64,000 nucleotides of DNA from assembly GCF_009914755.1 (NCBI RefSeq), contig NC_060933.1; one strand, written 5' to 3'. Below, one piece after another: positions 21,801 through 38,729 of this stretch. The translations under genes and the position numbers were made by a program. Every line of letters begins with the position of its first letter. The stretch's first letter is position 1. This DNA comes from the human T2T-CHM13v2.0 reference genome, Homo sapiens. Under the pieces are notes generated by a model that worked only from the letters and a program-made list of their open reading frames with translations, had not been told where the DNA came from and did no database searches.

Positions 21801-22976
21801 CACTTTTTCCAAAGCATCAGTGCTAGAATCAGTCAACAAACGTGTTGATACTATTATTCCTCTGTCACATCCCCTTTCTGGACCATTTCTTGAAGTACAG
21901 TCCTTTGGTGTATATGAAGAGATCTCTTTTACAGACTTCTGCTTCCTTGTACTTATTTTAATTTGATCTTCAGCTCTTTCAGTAAAAATGTTTTTACTAC
22001 TCTGCTTTAAGCATGACCCAGCTAAGAGATGGTCCTCTAGTTTCACATCCTTTATATAATTTTGCTCATTATTGTCACCTTCTATAGTGTTATCTGCTTT
22101 GATCAATACACTGTCTTGCACTTTCATTGGTTCTTTAGAAAATGTTGGGCTGGAAGCTTCCAAACAATGCATATCTTTTCTAGACGTCTTCCCCATTTGT
22201 TCACTTTCTTCTTTATTATAAGATGCAGGAGAGATTTTACATGCAGAAGTCAGATCCACAAAAGTGTTACATGGAGGTGCTTTGAATTTTATGTTTCTAA
22301 TAATTTGCTTTAAGCAACTTTGTAGCTCATGGGTTTCCTGACTAGTCAACTGCCAACCTAGAGATAAATTTCCTCTAAGGAATAAGTTGAGCTTATCCCA
22401 GAATCGCTTGCAAAGAGACTGCTGCCCAAGCTGATAACCTTCTTTAAGGAGACTTCTAATCAGCTGCACATAAGCAAGTTGTACAGAGTTAGATGGCATG
22501 GAATGCAATGACAGTGAAGATATCATTGCTGTTCCTTTGGAGCAATTTCCAGATGATTTCTCAGAACTCCGTGTAAACGCAGTGGTAGGAAGCTTGGCAC
22601 ATTTGACGACGGCTTCCACCCATTGCTGGGAACTTACCCACAGCAAATGCAAACATTTTTTATTTCTATGCAGTTCAATCACTGATACCAAAATTAGAAG
22701 AAAAAATTCAGTGACTTTGTCACACACAGCATCTGTTTGGTTGAGGACTTCTTTGACTTCAGAGTACAGATGATTAACAACCTGTGCTATGTAAGCCACA
22801 CCCAAATCCTTAAGATCCATGAGGGACTGGACAAAAGGGATGAACCATAGAAATGTGCTGTTATGAACACGCATGTCTTGACCAATATCTGACTGAAGTA
22901 CACTGGCTAATGTTTCCATTTCTTCATACATGTTAGGACAATAATCTGGGCAAATGGCTGTTCTCCATCCAGAATC
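18801..22976 (-). CDS. SETX: Senataxin exon 10 (4176 nt, aa 367-1758; end of the N-terminal domain, a long polar/disordered region and the lead-in to the helicase region)
   Basis: Corresponds to the 1397-aa ORF in the track; acceptor tttag|GAT (DSGWRT), donor ACA|gtaagt. Leu389 (TTA, 22908-22910) matches the ALS4 L389S position. Confidence 0.98.
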
Positions 22977-23528
22977 CTAAAATGAAAGAAATGCTGATGT
23001 TCAGATAAATAAGCACCACTTATGACAGGTTCAACACCCAAGTCGTTAAGAAAAATACGTTTCTCAACTCTCTTATTTTGGTTTACCACATCATTATTAT
23101 GCTATACAATGGTATAATTGTGGCATATAATTATATCACAATCGTAATACACCTAACTCCCAAGAAAGTGAAAATATAAATTGAATTTTGAGTTTTCATA
23201 AAAAGACAAATTGGTAACACCTTTATGTACTCTCACCTTCTGTCCACTAGCTAGTTTTGATTTCTAGTCATGCCATGTATGTCCCCATAAACTTTCCATC
23301 TTCCCTAAATGTACTTATAAATTAATTTTCCAAAGTATGCATACTGTAGTTAGAGTCCATCTTCCCCAACACACAATACATCTGCTGTTCAATGAGAAGG
23401 GCTTTTACATAGCAGTAGATTGAGAACAGCTACATATCACAAAATCTGCAACTCAACAAATTATACAAAATAGTCTACACAATATAAAGGCAATAAAATA
23501 GCATCTGAATTTTCAAAGTGTTTTATAC

Positions 23529-23616
23529 CTTTTTGGTCTTTTCAGGATTGTAATTGTATACGATCTGGCTGCAAGTCACCATATCATCCAAATAGGACTC
23601 CGGTTCTAACTTGGTC
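23529..23616 (-). CDS. SETX: Senataxin exon 9 (88 nt)
   Basis: taag|GACC (TKLEPESYLDD...EKTKK); donor |gtataa. Confidence 0.96.
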
Positions 23617-23753
23617 CTTAAATATTAAGAATAAATAGAAATTACTGAAACGAAGGGGGAAAAAAAGGAAGAAACACCTCTTGTTAAGTAATCTAGCTGG
23701 AACACACTTTCTTATAGAGATGATGTTTAAATCCTGACATTAGCTGAACTAAC

Positions 23754-23925
23754 CTTACAGAGCTGTTCCGTATATGTCGGATCTCTCTATTGTAGCTTGC
23801 GTTGTTGATAATGGTTTGAAATGCCACAATAGGATCCATAAGTTGACCCCAGACCTTAGATCCAAGGCGATCCAGAATCACCATAAAACAGTGTAACGCT
23901 GGCCAGAAAGGATCCACACTATCAT
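23754..23925 (-). CDS. SETX: Senataxin exon 8 (172 nt)
   Basis: ttcag|ATGAT (DDSVDPFWPALHCF...NSSVR); donor |gttagt. Confidence 0.97.
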
Positions 23926-25115
23926 CTGAAATACAATGGCACAATCGTTGAATTACTAAACAGTTAGAAAAACATACTACAATATATTGAGAATTAAGCA
24001 TATTCTTTATCTGGTGAGTAGCAACCCAACTAAAAGCCAAGGAGCAAATAATTTAAAGCAGTGCCGCCGCCAGTCCTCAGACACACAGAGGGTTTCAAAA
24101 GCAGCCACATTTTCAAGATTTTTTGCAAGCAATACTATGATACGTCTGTAAAAAAAAAAAAAAATTTAGTGGCAAACAAATTACTTAATGGGCAAGAAAA
24201 CAGTCTAGGTAAGCACAATCTTTTCACACCCTGTTTGCCATACCAGAAACAACCTTTTCTAATTCAGCTCCTCAACCCCTGCCAAAACTTTGTAGTCCCA
24301 TCCTCCAATAACTAACAGAAAAGAAGAGGAAAAAAATAAAGGAAAGAGAAAGAAACTTGGTATTTACAGATCTACATGAAGCCCATAATACAAGAAATTC
24401 TCTTTCAGCATCATCCTGAATTTTGTGTCACGCATCTAGTGTAAATGACTAAATTCTTTAGCTAAGGAATAAGGCAAAGATACACTCTTCATCCATCTGT
24501 ATCTCAACATGGCTTTGCTGTTCTCTACTTTTCATCCAACCTCCTGCTTCTCTATCAAATATGCAGTAGCAAGATACCGCCCTACTCAAAGACCTTCAAT
24601 GGATACTTAATGTCTTCCAAGAAAATTCAAAATCCTCAGTCAAGAACTTAAAAGATATTGATCTACTGTTTATTTCCATTTTTATTTTTCATATTCCTAT
24701 AATCATACACTATCTACAGCACAAATAGATCACTGGCTTTTTCCAAAATAAGCACTAGAATGCCCTCAATTCTAGCACAACGTATCAAAATCCTATCCAT
24801 CCTTAAAAGTCCAGCTTAAATGCCTCCTCCTATATTAAACATTCCCCCACTTCAGTCATCTACAGTACTCTTCTGAGGCAAGTGCTTGAATTCACGCAGT
24901 CACTGCTATTGCTACGTCATCCTAGAACTTGTGACTTTACTTCCCTCATACTTCTCAGACTTTACCACAGTCATTTGAACTTTCTTATATATGTTTGTAT
25001 CCTCCACTGCATCTGAAACAGTGCCTGTGTCTAATAAGCTCACAAGAAACAAAGTAGTTAGATGAAGACAATTATGAAAAGTTTCTCAAAGAGGTAATTA
25101 AAATTTTGAAGACAA

Positions 25116-25862
<747 letters not shown>

Positions 25863-25937
<75 letters not shown>
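25863..25937. repeat. Compound microsatellite A(n)-(TA)n-(CA)n grown from an Alu tail
   Basis: Seen directly, ~18 CA units. Confidence 0.95.
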
Positions 25938-25938
<1 letters not shown>

Positions 25939-26237
25939 CCCTATCAACAAAAGAATAACATTAATATATTTATATTAGAATCTCCCACAAATGAGTTTAT
26001 ATACAACATTCAAGTTGCATGAAGAGAATGAGGGGAAAAAATTATATTCATTATGTTTTCTCATAGGATCTGGTATACTTGGTCTTTATTAATTCATTAC
26101 TTCCTAAAGATTAGAAGCACTTATTTAATTACAGATCCTTCATGATTAGCATGATACAAGCATCAGCAAAAGGAGGTCAGGATCTAATAATAAACATGAC
26201 TACAAGTTTTAGGCCTCATTATCTAGACTATCTGGAG

Positions 26238-26443
26238 CAGCATATCCAAGAGAATGTTCTGTGATGATGGAAATGTTCTGTCTCTGCATTGTTCAATACA
26301 GTACAGGATAGAGTACAGGCACGTGTGGCCATTGAGCCTTGAAATATGACTAGTGGGACCAAATAACTGCATTTTTAATTTTAATTGACTTAAATTTATT
26401 TTAATAATCACATGTGGCTGGCAGTTACTGTATTAGAGAACCA
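26238..26443. mobile_element. MER3 (hAT-Charlie)
   Basis: ttctgtgatgatggaaatgttct ... atgtggctggcagttactgtatt. Confidence 0.75.
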
Positions 26444-26632
26444 CAGAGAAACAAAGAGGCAGGCAAAGGGAGGCCATGGGACAGAGAAGGCTTACCCCAC
26501 AATGTTAACCACAATGTCATTACAAATGGGTCTCCCAGAGGTTCTGATGTTCATCCTACCACCAACTTTTTCATCATGAAAAAGTAGATTAACTTCCCTT
26601 CTTCTATGAAAGGAAGGTATTGAATTAAATTA

Positions 26633-26962
<330 letters not shown>

Positions 26963-27086
26963 CTATTACTAAACCAGAAAAATTCTTTTCTCCACAACAT
27001 ACACCAATTCCTGCAGTGACACTATCATTTTTAAAGTGCATCATCATCACTATATTCAACAACATTCAGCAAGTAAAGTTTATTAC

Positions 27087-27206
27087 CATCTGCTTCCCTC
27101 TCCATAGTGTGAAGTATCGATTGCATAAAATCATTTTGTTTGTCTGAGCCCAACAACAGGGAATCCATGGCTTGTTCCTCAAGAATGGTCAGCAACATGC
27201 AAATAC
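27087..27206 (-). CDS. SETX: Senataxin exon 7 (120 nt)
   Basis: acag|GTATT (GICMLLTILEEQ...EREAD); donor |gtaata. Confidence 0.97.
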
Positions 27207-27650
27207 CTGTAAGATCATTTAGAGTTATCTTGAATTGATGAAATAATACTATACTAATGCCTGGTTTAGTTTGCAAAAGAATAACAAGGCAGGAAGATGA
27301 AGCAAGATAGTATTTAGTTTCTCAAACATTTAAGTCTCAGATATTCATACACAACTGCTCCCAAGTAATAGAACTCTAGACTAATTCAAGTGTGAAAGTA
27401 CAAGATGGTTAGAAACCAATTTCTAACATAACTACCATGTAACTTGTATCTCACCAATATAAGATGCCTTCAATTTTAAGATGTACCATATTCCATATAC
27501 CACTAAGAAAGAAAAAAAAAATCACTGCCATTTATGACACGTGACCTTAAGATTTGGAATCAAGGAAATGGTATAGAAGTATTTTGAGGCCGGGCGTGGT
27601 GGCTCACACCTGTAATCCCAGCACTTTGGGAGGCCAAGGCGGGCAGATCA

Positions 27651-27940
<290 letters not shown>

Positions 27941-28344
27941 CTACCAGGAAAATTTAATTTTTTTTTTTTAGGAGACAGGATCTCCCTCTGTCACCCAGGC
28001 TGGAGTGCAGTAGCACAATCCTAGCTCACTGCAGCTTCAAATTCCTGGGCTTAAATGTTCCTCCTGCCTCAGCCTCCCAAGATGCTGGGACTACAGGCGT
28101 GCACCACCATGCCCAGTTCTACCAGGAAATATTTTACACACTGAAAAAGGAGTATTAACAATCAAATCCTATTTAAAGCCAACTATTACACTAATATTTT
28201 GTTAATAAAATGTGGCCGTAAACAAGATTCGATTCATTTGCCAGTGCTTGAAAATGTACTGCTTACTACAGAAAAGTTTCTAGGATATAAATACTGTTTA
28301 ATAACAAGATATGTAATAGTTAAGTCAACTTAATGACAGAATAA

Positions 28345-28500
<156 letters not shown>

Positions 28501-28516
28501 TGATGTCAGGAGTTCA

Positions 28517-28747
<231 letters not shown>

Positions 28748-28769
28748 TTAGTGTAGGAATAATACTCAC

Positions 28770-28989
28770 CTAACCAATAGCTTTTGTAGTTGGTAGTATC
28801 ATACATGTGTGAGGGCAGAAGAATCAGTTTACCCTTCTCTAGGACAGAAGAAGTATAAATGTCTGGACTCTCTAAAAGCCCCAACTCAATGACTTTAAAA
28901 AGGCAAAGTAAAACTTCTTGTAAGTCATAATAATCATCTCTGTCCACTTTCCCCAAGTTTCTTGCAGTCAAGATAGCCCAACGCCGAAC
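28770..28989 (-). CDS. SETX: Senataxin exon 6 (220 nt)
   Basis: tttag|GTTCGG (VRRWAILTARNLG...KSYWL); donor |gtgagt. Confidence 0.97.
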
Positions 28990-29376
28990 CTAAATGCAGA
29001 ATATATTTATTACTTAATTCAATAAACAATGGTCTACAAACAGCAAGAACACAGAAAAGAAAACAGGATTCTCTGCATATTTTAAAAGACATGTGACATA
29101 TTAATTAATGCAATGTGTGGACCTTATTTGATCCTGATTTGAACATACTAACCCCTAATAAACAGTTTTAGACAATCATTTCCATTCATTCAAACACTGA
29201 CTGGCAAGACAACATTAAGTAATTATTCTTTTAGATGCAATAATAGTATTTTTCTGGCTGGGTGCAGTGGCTCACACCTGTAATTTCAGTACTTTGGGAG
29301 GCTGAGGCGGGCAGATCACCTGAGGTCAGGAGTTCAAGACCAGCCTCGCCAACTTGGCAAAACCTTGTCTCTACTA

Positions 29377-29538
<162 letters not shown>

Positions 29539-31404
29539 TCAAAAAATATATATATAATAATATTTTTCGTTTTTTTTAAGTCTTTATCTTTTAGAAATAC
29601 ATACTGAAATATTTTGTGGATGAAATGCTCTGATATCTAAGATTTGCTCTAAACTAATCTAAAGGGGAGTGGAATGTTGACCATGTATTGATAAAGCTAA
29701 CTGATGGATTATGGGGGATTCATTACACCATTCTTGCTACTTTTATGTTTATCATTTTCCATAACAGAATGTCCAAAAAAGGAAAGAAAACACAAAATGA
29801 GGAATCTCAAAAGAAATCAAAGGGCATTTCTAAATGGCAGAATAGCATAAAGAAGTGATTTTAAATTTCTTGGAGACTATGAATTAAATTTAGTGCTCAC
29901 AACCAACCTAAAAAAAAAAAAAACAAGAACAGAAAAATATCAAGAGTGCATCCTTCATAGTAAAAGTATTATTTTACAAAATACATTATATAGGCATATG
30001 CATACACAAGGAAAACATTTTTTACTACAGATTGTAATCAAAAAGTTGGAAAAACACAGACCCCACAGGTAAAAGCATGAGCTCTATGCCAACATAAGCA
30101 ACAAATTATAAACTACTGAAAAAGTTTTGGAATCCATGAGACCTTACTGATAATAAGTGGTAGAAGGGGAAAAGACTCTTGATTACTGTACAATCAATGT
30201 CAAGTGGTAAATAGTAAACATGGAGAGTGCTGGAGTTAGGAAATGACCATCTTGCAATCACCATAGTTCAGGCAAGACACATTAATGAATGCTAAATTTA
30301 GGAGATCTTGATGAAATGCATAGTATTTACATGGTCTTAAAGTATCTAAACAATAGAAATTACACAGCAGAGAAATGGGACAGCACCTTCACCGAATGCT
30401 CAAAATTAACATCACCATGAGTTGCAAAGGATATGGCGTGCCTCTGTCTACATATGACAAGCTGAGAAGGACAGTAACATCACTTACATGGTACTCCAGC
30501 TGGGAATGTGTAACCTGAATCTATGCATGAGGAAACATCAGACAAACCCAAAGTGAGGAACACTCTTTTTTTTTTTTTTTTTTTTGAGACAGAGTCTTAC
30601 TCTATCGCCCAGGCTGGCATGCAGTGGCACCATCTCGGCTCACTGCAACCTCTGCCTCCTGGGGTCAAGTCATTCTCCTACCTGAGCCTCCTAAGTAGCT
30701 GGGATTACAAGGGTGCACCACCACGCCCGGCTAACTTTTGTTATTTTTAGTAGAGACGGGGTTTCACCATGCTGGCCAGGCTGGTCTCGAACTCCTGACC
30801 TCATGATCCACCCACCTCGGCCTCCCATAGTGCTGGGATTACAGGCATGAGCCACCGTGCCCAGCCTCACTTATTTTTTTAAAAAGAGGCAGAGCAGGAA
30901 TGACTGTATTCTTCAGAAAAGTAATTCTCATGTAAGACAATGAAATGTTCCAGATTAAAGAGGACTAAATGGACGTGACAGCTAAATAAGACCTTTTACC
31001 AGCAATAACTAGAGGTTTTGCAAATGCATGACCTCTCCAAAATTGTATTCTCAGGCTATCACACAAAAATAAAATGGTATATCATTGTGGTCTTATTATT
31101 TCCCTGATCATTAAATAGAAAACATTCCTTCATATATTTATTAGCTATTGGTAGTTCCTCTTCTGTTCTGGGACATGCCTGTTCAGATCTTCATCCATAT
31201 TTTTTGTATTGTTAGTAATATGATTATCTTCAATTTTTTACTTTATTTTTTTGAGAAAGAGTCTCACTCTGTTGCCCAGGTTGGAGTGCACTGGCAGATC
31301 AGGGTTCACTGCAGCCTCAACCTCCTGGGCTCAAGTGATCCTCCCACCTTAGCCTCCTGAGTAGCTAGGGCTACAGGTGTGCAACGTTATGCCAAGCTAA
31401 TTAA

Positions 31405-31596
<192 letters not shown>

Positions 31597-32088
31597 TAAC
31601 TTTTCATTTTAATATAGTCAAGTTCATCAACTTTCCTTTCATAATCAATGCTTTCGTTTCTATAAAACCCTTCCTCAGGCCAGGCATGGTGGCTCATGCA
31701 TGTAATCTCAACACTTTGGGAGGCTGAGGTATGGGGGCACTTGAGCCCAGGAGTTCGAACCCAGCCTGGGCAACACAGTGAAACCCCATCTCTACAAAAA
31801 ATTAGCTGGGCATGGTGACCGAGGAAGGAGATTTTGGTGAAATGCCTGAGCCTGGGAGGCAGAGATTACAGTGAGCTGTCATCACGCCACTGCACTCCAG
31901 CCTGGGTGACAGAGCAAGACGCTGTCTCAAAAAAATAAAACAAATCTTTCCTCACCTTACAATCTAAATGCTGTACACCTCTATTTCCTGCAAAGAGTTT
32001 GAAAACTGAACCTAACTATGGTTTTTTAGATAGATTTTGTCATTATGAATGATAATAAGGTAGGGATCTAACTTCTCTTTCCATATAG

Positions 32089-32553
<465 letters not shown>

Positions 32554-32676
32554 TAATACAGTCACTCATTCTCTTGGCTGTACCCACTGTATTATCTATC
32601 CCATCTTCTGAAGCCTTTATTTTAAATATCTCATTTTTCAATGTTACAACAACTTGGCTTGGTTCTCACATTTTCT

Positions 32677-32734
32677 TTCTTTTTTTTAATTATACTTTAA
32701 GTTCTAGGGTCCATGTGCACAATGTGTAGGTTTG
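32677..32734 (-). mobile_element. Extremely 5'-truncated L1PA 3' end (~58 bp)
   Basis: ttatactttaagttctagggtccatgtgcacaatgtgtaggtttg is the reverse L1PA terminus; TSD ttggttctcacRttttct at 32659-32676 / 32735-32752. Confidence 0.85.
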
Positions 32735-35161
32735 TTGGTTCTCACGTTTTCTAGTTCTCATTTCACATTAGTATCTTCCCGTATTTCTTCTAGCATGTTT
32801 ACTATAATAATTTTAAATTTACTGGACAAGTGTCCTAATATATCTGCTTCTACTGAAATCTTCATGTTTCTCATATGTCTATTATTTTTAGTTTGTGAAT
32901 TCCTTTTCACTCTGGGGTACTGGCTCCTATCAGGCGGTGCCTATGGAAGGCCAGACTCCAGACTGGCTTATGCCCAATCAATTCAGGGCTGAGTGATGGA
33001 TAAAATCCAAGCCAGAAAAACGTACTCACTGCCACGCATTTTAGTTTTCTAAGTCAGGTCGTCACCCTTTACTCCCGGGCAGAAGCAGCATTAGAAGACA
33101 CTACTGGGCTGTAATCCCCCAAGTCCTGGGGTTAAGAGGGGATGATAATGAAGCAATTATCAGTGGTTAATTGGTCTCCACCTGCTTGTCTCAGTGCCTC
33201 ACAAATATTAGGGGTTATCCACTGTGCTGATTTCATTCCTACCTTCACCTGGATCGGATCTTTTAGTTGAAAACAGATTTGGATGCAGGTTTTATTCATC
33301 TAAGGCAATGATGAGGGAGAACTGGAAGCAGAACCTTAACAGTTCCTTTTCTACTTTATTCTCCCACAGCCCATTTTATTCTCTGGCTGTGGGAGAATGC
33401 TCTGAGAGGTAATTCCATAGTGCCTCCCACAGGCACTGCCAGATAGGACCCAATACCCCAGAGTGAAAAGGAATTCACAAACTAAGGATGTTCTCCTCCC
33501 CATCTCCCACATTCACCTTTCAAAACAGCCCTTGTCGGCTGGACGTGGTGGCTCACACCTGTTATCTCAGCACTTTGGGAGGCCGGGGTGGGTGCATCAT
33601 TTGAGGTTAGGAGTTTGAGACCAGCCTGGCCAACCTGGTGAAACCCTGTCTCTACTTCCGGCGTGGGCAACAGAGCAAGACTCTGTCTCAAAAAATAAAA
33701 TATAATAATAAAAAAAATTTTTTTTAATAAACCAGCCCTTGTCAACTCAGAGTTTCTCTCAATGTTCTCCATTTTCTCTTTCAAGTTCCTCTAGAGTTAA
33801 ACCTAGAGAAAGGACCAACAGTGCTGGTCTTTGTTCTGTCAGAGCATGCGCTTTCCTCGTGTGTTTCAGGGATTTGGTTTGCAAGCTCATCCGACAGGGA
33901 GGAATTCTGTGTCCCTCCTACCACTACCCCTCCCCTTCCTAAATATAAATTTGGGCTGCTTTCTATCCATCCTTCAGAGTCCTGCTCCAGAACTAGGTCT
34001 ACTATCAGCAGCTCAGGGCTCCCAACCTTTGGTTACATAAGGGCTAGGCAGACTCAGTCACCAAGGCTGCAAGTGCTTCGCCCAGGCACTGGTTACAAGA
34101 CCAGACCTGCTTCCTCCATATGTAAACAGCTTTTAAAAAGCCAGTGAACCTTTTTAATACTTTGGCAACCTTCTTTCACAGGCAAAGAAGCACCCCCATC
34201 CGCCCCTTGTTTGGAGTGCAGAGTTTGGCTTTGGTTCTTTGCCTTGCCTGGAGTATACTTCTAATTCCTGTTGTCCTGCACAAGCTGAATACCGAGCTAC
34301 CCACCGCCACCCAGGCCAGGTTTCCACTCATTTATTACTTTATGTTTCTGTTCCATTGCTGGTCCACAGAAATAAGTTTTCCTTTGGAGGAATGTGATTA
34401 TACCCCTTTAATTTCCTCCTTTTGCTTTTTTTTAATATCATTGGTATGTGTTTGGCCCAGAGGAAACTGAAATTCACCATCATCTTGACTGGCAATCCCA
34501 TTACCATGCTTTTTTTAAAAAACGTAATTTTTCTTGCCTTACATTGGCAGAGTAGCCCTTCCTGGCTACTGGCTTAATGTAGTCACTCAGTTCTAGGTGG
34601 CATTAGGCATGAGACCTGAAGCACAGACTGTCTTACCACAAAAGGTGACAAGATCTCAAACCTTAGCCAAAGGGCTATGTCAGGTTTCAATGCTATCTGC
34701 TTCTGTTCCTGCTCACTGTTCTGGATTTTGTCCTTCTTCATCTCTAGCACCAGAATTTCCCAGTCTCCCTCCCTACCTTCCCTTGTTTTAATTCTAATCT
34801 ATCAGCAAAATAACTTTTCAAATGTTTTAACCGGTATCTCCATGTGTCTGCAGTGGGTCAAGCAGGTGAGAAAGTCAAGAGAAGAGGTCTTCTTGAGTTC
34901 AATTCAACATACTGAAAGGACATCAAGTTATTCCCGTTTGTCTTTTAAGATCAAGCATCACCTGTCGGTAAGTATCCCCTACCCTCTGAGATCCCCTCTT
35001 CTTTGACCCCAGAGCGCCCTCTACTTAACTGTAGTAAATTTTAAAGCAAGAAAAATTTTAGCAAACATTTTAAACAAAATCCACACCAAAAACCGCTATT
35101 ATAGCTATCTATAGGTACAAAAGCACAATATACCCTTCTATCGCCCAACACTCACACTCAC

Positions 35162-35271
35162 CATTTCATTGGGATGGACTAAAAACAAATAGATCCCTGG
35201 ATGTTTATCAAACACCTGAAAGGAGCAATTGGCTTGTTCCATCCGACAAAGTGCTTCAACACATAACTCGT
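35162..35271 (-). CDS. SETX: Senataxin exon 5 (110 nt)
   Basis: ttttag|ACGAG (NELCVEALCRMEQ...HPNEM); donor |gtgagt; not in the ORF track. Confidence 0.96.
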
Positions 35272-35603
35272 CTAAAAAGAAAAAAATAAGTAAAATACAT
35301 AAATCTTATCACCTTATCAAGATTCCCTAAATTAGGCTCCTTGGGCTATTCTGTAAATAAATAAAAATTTGCTTTTTATTTTTCCAAATTGAGGCATAAA
35401 AATGCTTATATTGTAAATGCAGGAACAATATTTACCTGACAGGCTAAATCCGTTGATCACAGGGTGTTCTTAGAAATTATTCTGACCTTATTAGAATAGA
35501 TCCCTTTTTTGCCGGGCGCGGTGGCTCACACCTGTAATCCCAGCACTTTGGGAGGCCGAGGCGGGCGGATCACAAGGTCAGGAGATCGAGAACATCCTGG
35601 CTA

Positions 35604-35789
<186 letters not shown>

Positions 35790-36479
35790 TCAGAACAACA
35801 ACAAAAAAAAGAATGTAGCTCTTTATTCACACTTAGGATAATTATCTCCATAGGGAATGTATAAAGGACCTGTAACCATATGGTTATAGGTCCAACTCCA
35901 TTTGTATCTTATGTTTTGATCCACCTAGACTTTATCTGATACAAAAACAAGGAATAAAGTCAGCTTTACCCCTAAGTTACTAGCTATCCCACTCCCATTT
36001 ATTGAACAATCCATTTACCCTTTCAGATGAATCAACTTTAGCTGTAAAATTTCAAAAAATATTGTCGTTTTTTCATATTACATTTTCAATATCATAGTTT
36101 TTTCATTAGTGACAGTGGTTGGCTTTAGGGATGGGGAGGCATAATGAGTAGAAAAGCATGAAGGGCACTCCTAGGATGTTGATAATGTTTCGATTTTTGA
36201 TCTGGATGCTGGCTACACAAATCTGTTTGACTTGCAAAAAAACATCAAGCTTATATACTTTTACGGATAGATTATTCTTTAATACTTGAAGAAGTCTTAG
36301 AATTTTCAAATCTAGTTACTTTGAATTTATTGGTTTAGACAAACAGTACAGGAAATAAATCAGAAAAATCCATAAAGTATGTTATCCTACAGGGCAAATA
36401 TATGGCCTCCCTCAACAAGTCAAACTCATGGCCAAAAAAAAGATGAGGGCACATGTTGGTTTCCGTACGAACATAGTTG

Positions 36480-36682
36480 GCACGTGCAGGGGTTTGGTTC
36501 CAGGATACCAAAATCCACACACAGCTGAGTCCTGCAGTTGGCCCTGAGAAATCAGCGTATACCTAAAGTCGACCCTCCAGAGAAGCGGGTTTTGCAACCC
36601 ATAAATATGGTATTTTTGATTCCACTTTGGTTGAAAAAAGATCCATGTATGACTGGATCTGCACAGTTCAAGGGTCAACTTA
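36480..36682. mobile_element. MER8/Tigger2-like fragment
   Basis: tggatctgcacagttcaagggtcaact terminus. Confidence 0.6.
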
Positions 36683-37184
36683 AGATGGTTTTTGGGTTTT
36701 TTAGAGACAGGGTCTTGCGCTGTTGCCCAGAATGAAGTACAGTGGTGTGCTCATGGCTCACCTCAGGCTCAACCTCCTGGGCTCGAATGATCCTCCCACC
36801 TCAGCCTCCTGAGTACCTAGGAATACAGGCACATGCCACTATATCCAGTTAAATTTTCTTTTTTGTAGAGATGGGGGAGGGAGGGTGTTGCTACACTGCC
36901 GAGGGTGAGAAGACTGTTTTGAATTAAAAGAGCTGGAAGAACTATGTACCAAATGCAATGTGTGGTCCCTGACTAGATTCTAATTTAAGCAAATCAGCCA
37001 AAAACACATTTTGCAACTATTGGGAAAATATGAAAATGAACTAGATTTTAGTATCGTTATTTTGGACCAGGCACGCTGGCTTACACCTGTAATCTCAGCA
37101 CTTTAGGAGGCCGAGGTGGGCGGATCACTTGAGGTCAGGAGCTTGAGACTAGCCTGGCCAACATGGCAAAACCTGTCTCTACTA

Positions 37185-37364
<180 letters not shown>

Positions 37365-37495
37365 TTAGATTTGATAGGTTAGGGAAATGCCTTTACTTTC
37401 AAGAGATTCGTATTATGAAATGCAAATATCAACAACCAAAATCTAGACAGCTATAATAAGCCATGCCATAGTGGTTAATGAAAATTACTACAGAA

Positions 37496-37866
<371 letters not shown>

Positions 37867-38729
37867 TGAGTAGCTGGGATTACAGGTGCCTGCCACCACA
37901 CCTGGCTAATTTTTGTATTTTTAGTAGAGACAGGGTTTCACTATGTTAGCAAGGCTGGTCTTGAACTCCTGACCTCAGGTGCTCTGCCTGCCTCAGCCTC
38001 CCAAAATGATGGGATTACAGGCGTGAGCCACCATGCCCGGCGAGAATGAAAATTATTAATAATTGAACAAAGAGGTGAACAGATACGTAATAAAGCAAAT
38101 ATAGCAAAATGTTAACAACCGTATAAACTATGTGATGGGTATATCATGTTCACTGTATAATTTACTTTTCTATGTTAAAAAATTTTCACAATAAAATGTT
38201 GAGAGCCAGGCATAGTGGCTCGTGCCTATAATCCCAGCAATTTGGGAAGCTGAGGTGGGAGGACTGCTTGAGCCCAGGAGTTCAACACCAGCCTGGGCAA
38301 CAGTGAAACTTCATCTCTACAATAAACACAACATAAAATTAGCTGGACGCAATGGCACACGCCTGTACTCCCAGCTACCCACAAGGCTCAGGCAGGAGTA
38401 TTACTTGAGCCCAGGAGGTAGAGGCTGCAGTGGGCCATGACTGCGCCACTGCACTTCGGCCTAGGAGACACAGCAAGACCCTGTCTCTAAAAAAAAATAA
38501 AAACAATCTTCAGTTACCCTCTGAACAAGATAAGTTTGAACTGTGCCCCAAAAATAGGTATTTTGTGTTTGAACTCAAAAAATAAAAAACGTTGGAAAAA
38601 AAATGAAGTCCTAATTATATATCCTAATTATATGTTTAGCAAACAAATTTGCAATATAGATAAGCCTAAATTCTTATGATACTAAAATAATAAAACTGAT
38701 ATAACTTGAGGAACCATCAAGATACTCAC

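Noticed and set aside
19144-22773. Plus-strand ORFs antisense to exon 10
   Set aside because: Expected shadow ORFs opposite a long coding exon; no independent promoter or splice evidence
18738-22931. 1397-aa ORF treated as a standalone gene
   Set aside because: It is SETX exon 10: it starts at internal Met382 and its last 20 aa are intronic read-through
33739-35006. Run of ~100-aa plus-strand ORFs and a possible snoRNA in intron 5
   Set aside because: No recognisable protein, mostly non-ATG starts, partly decayed L1-like sequence; I could not identify H/ACA or C/D architecture
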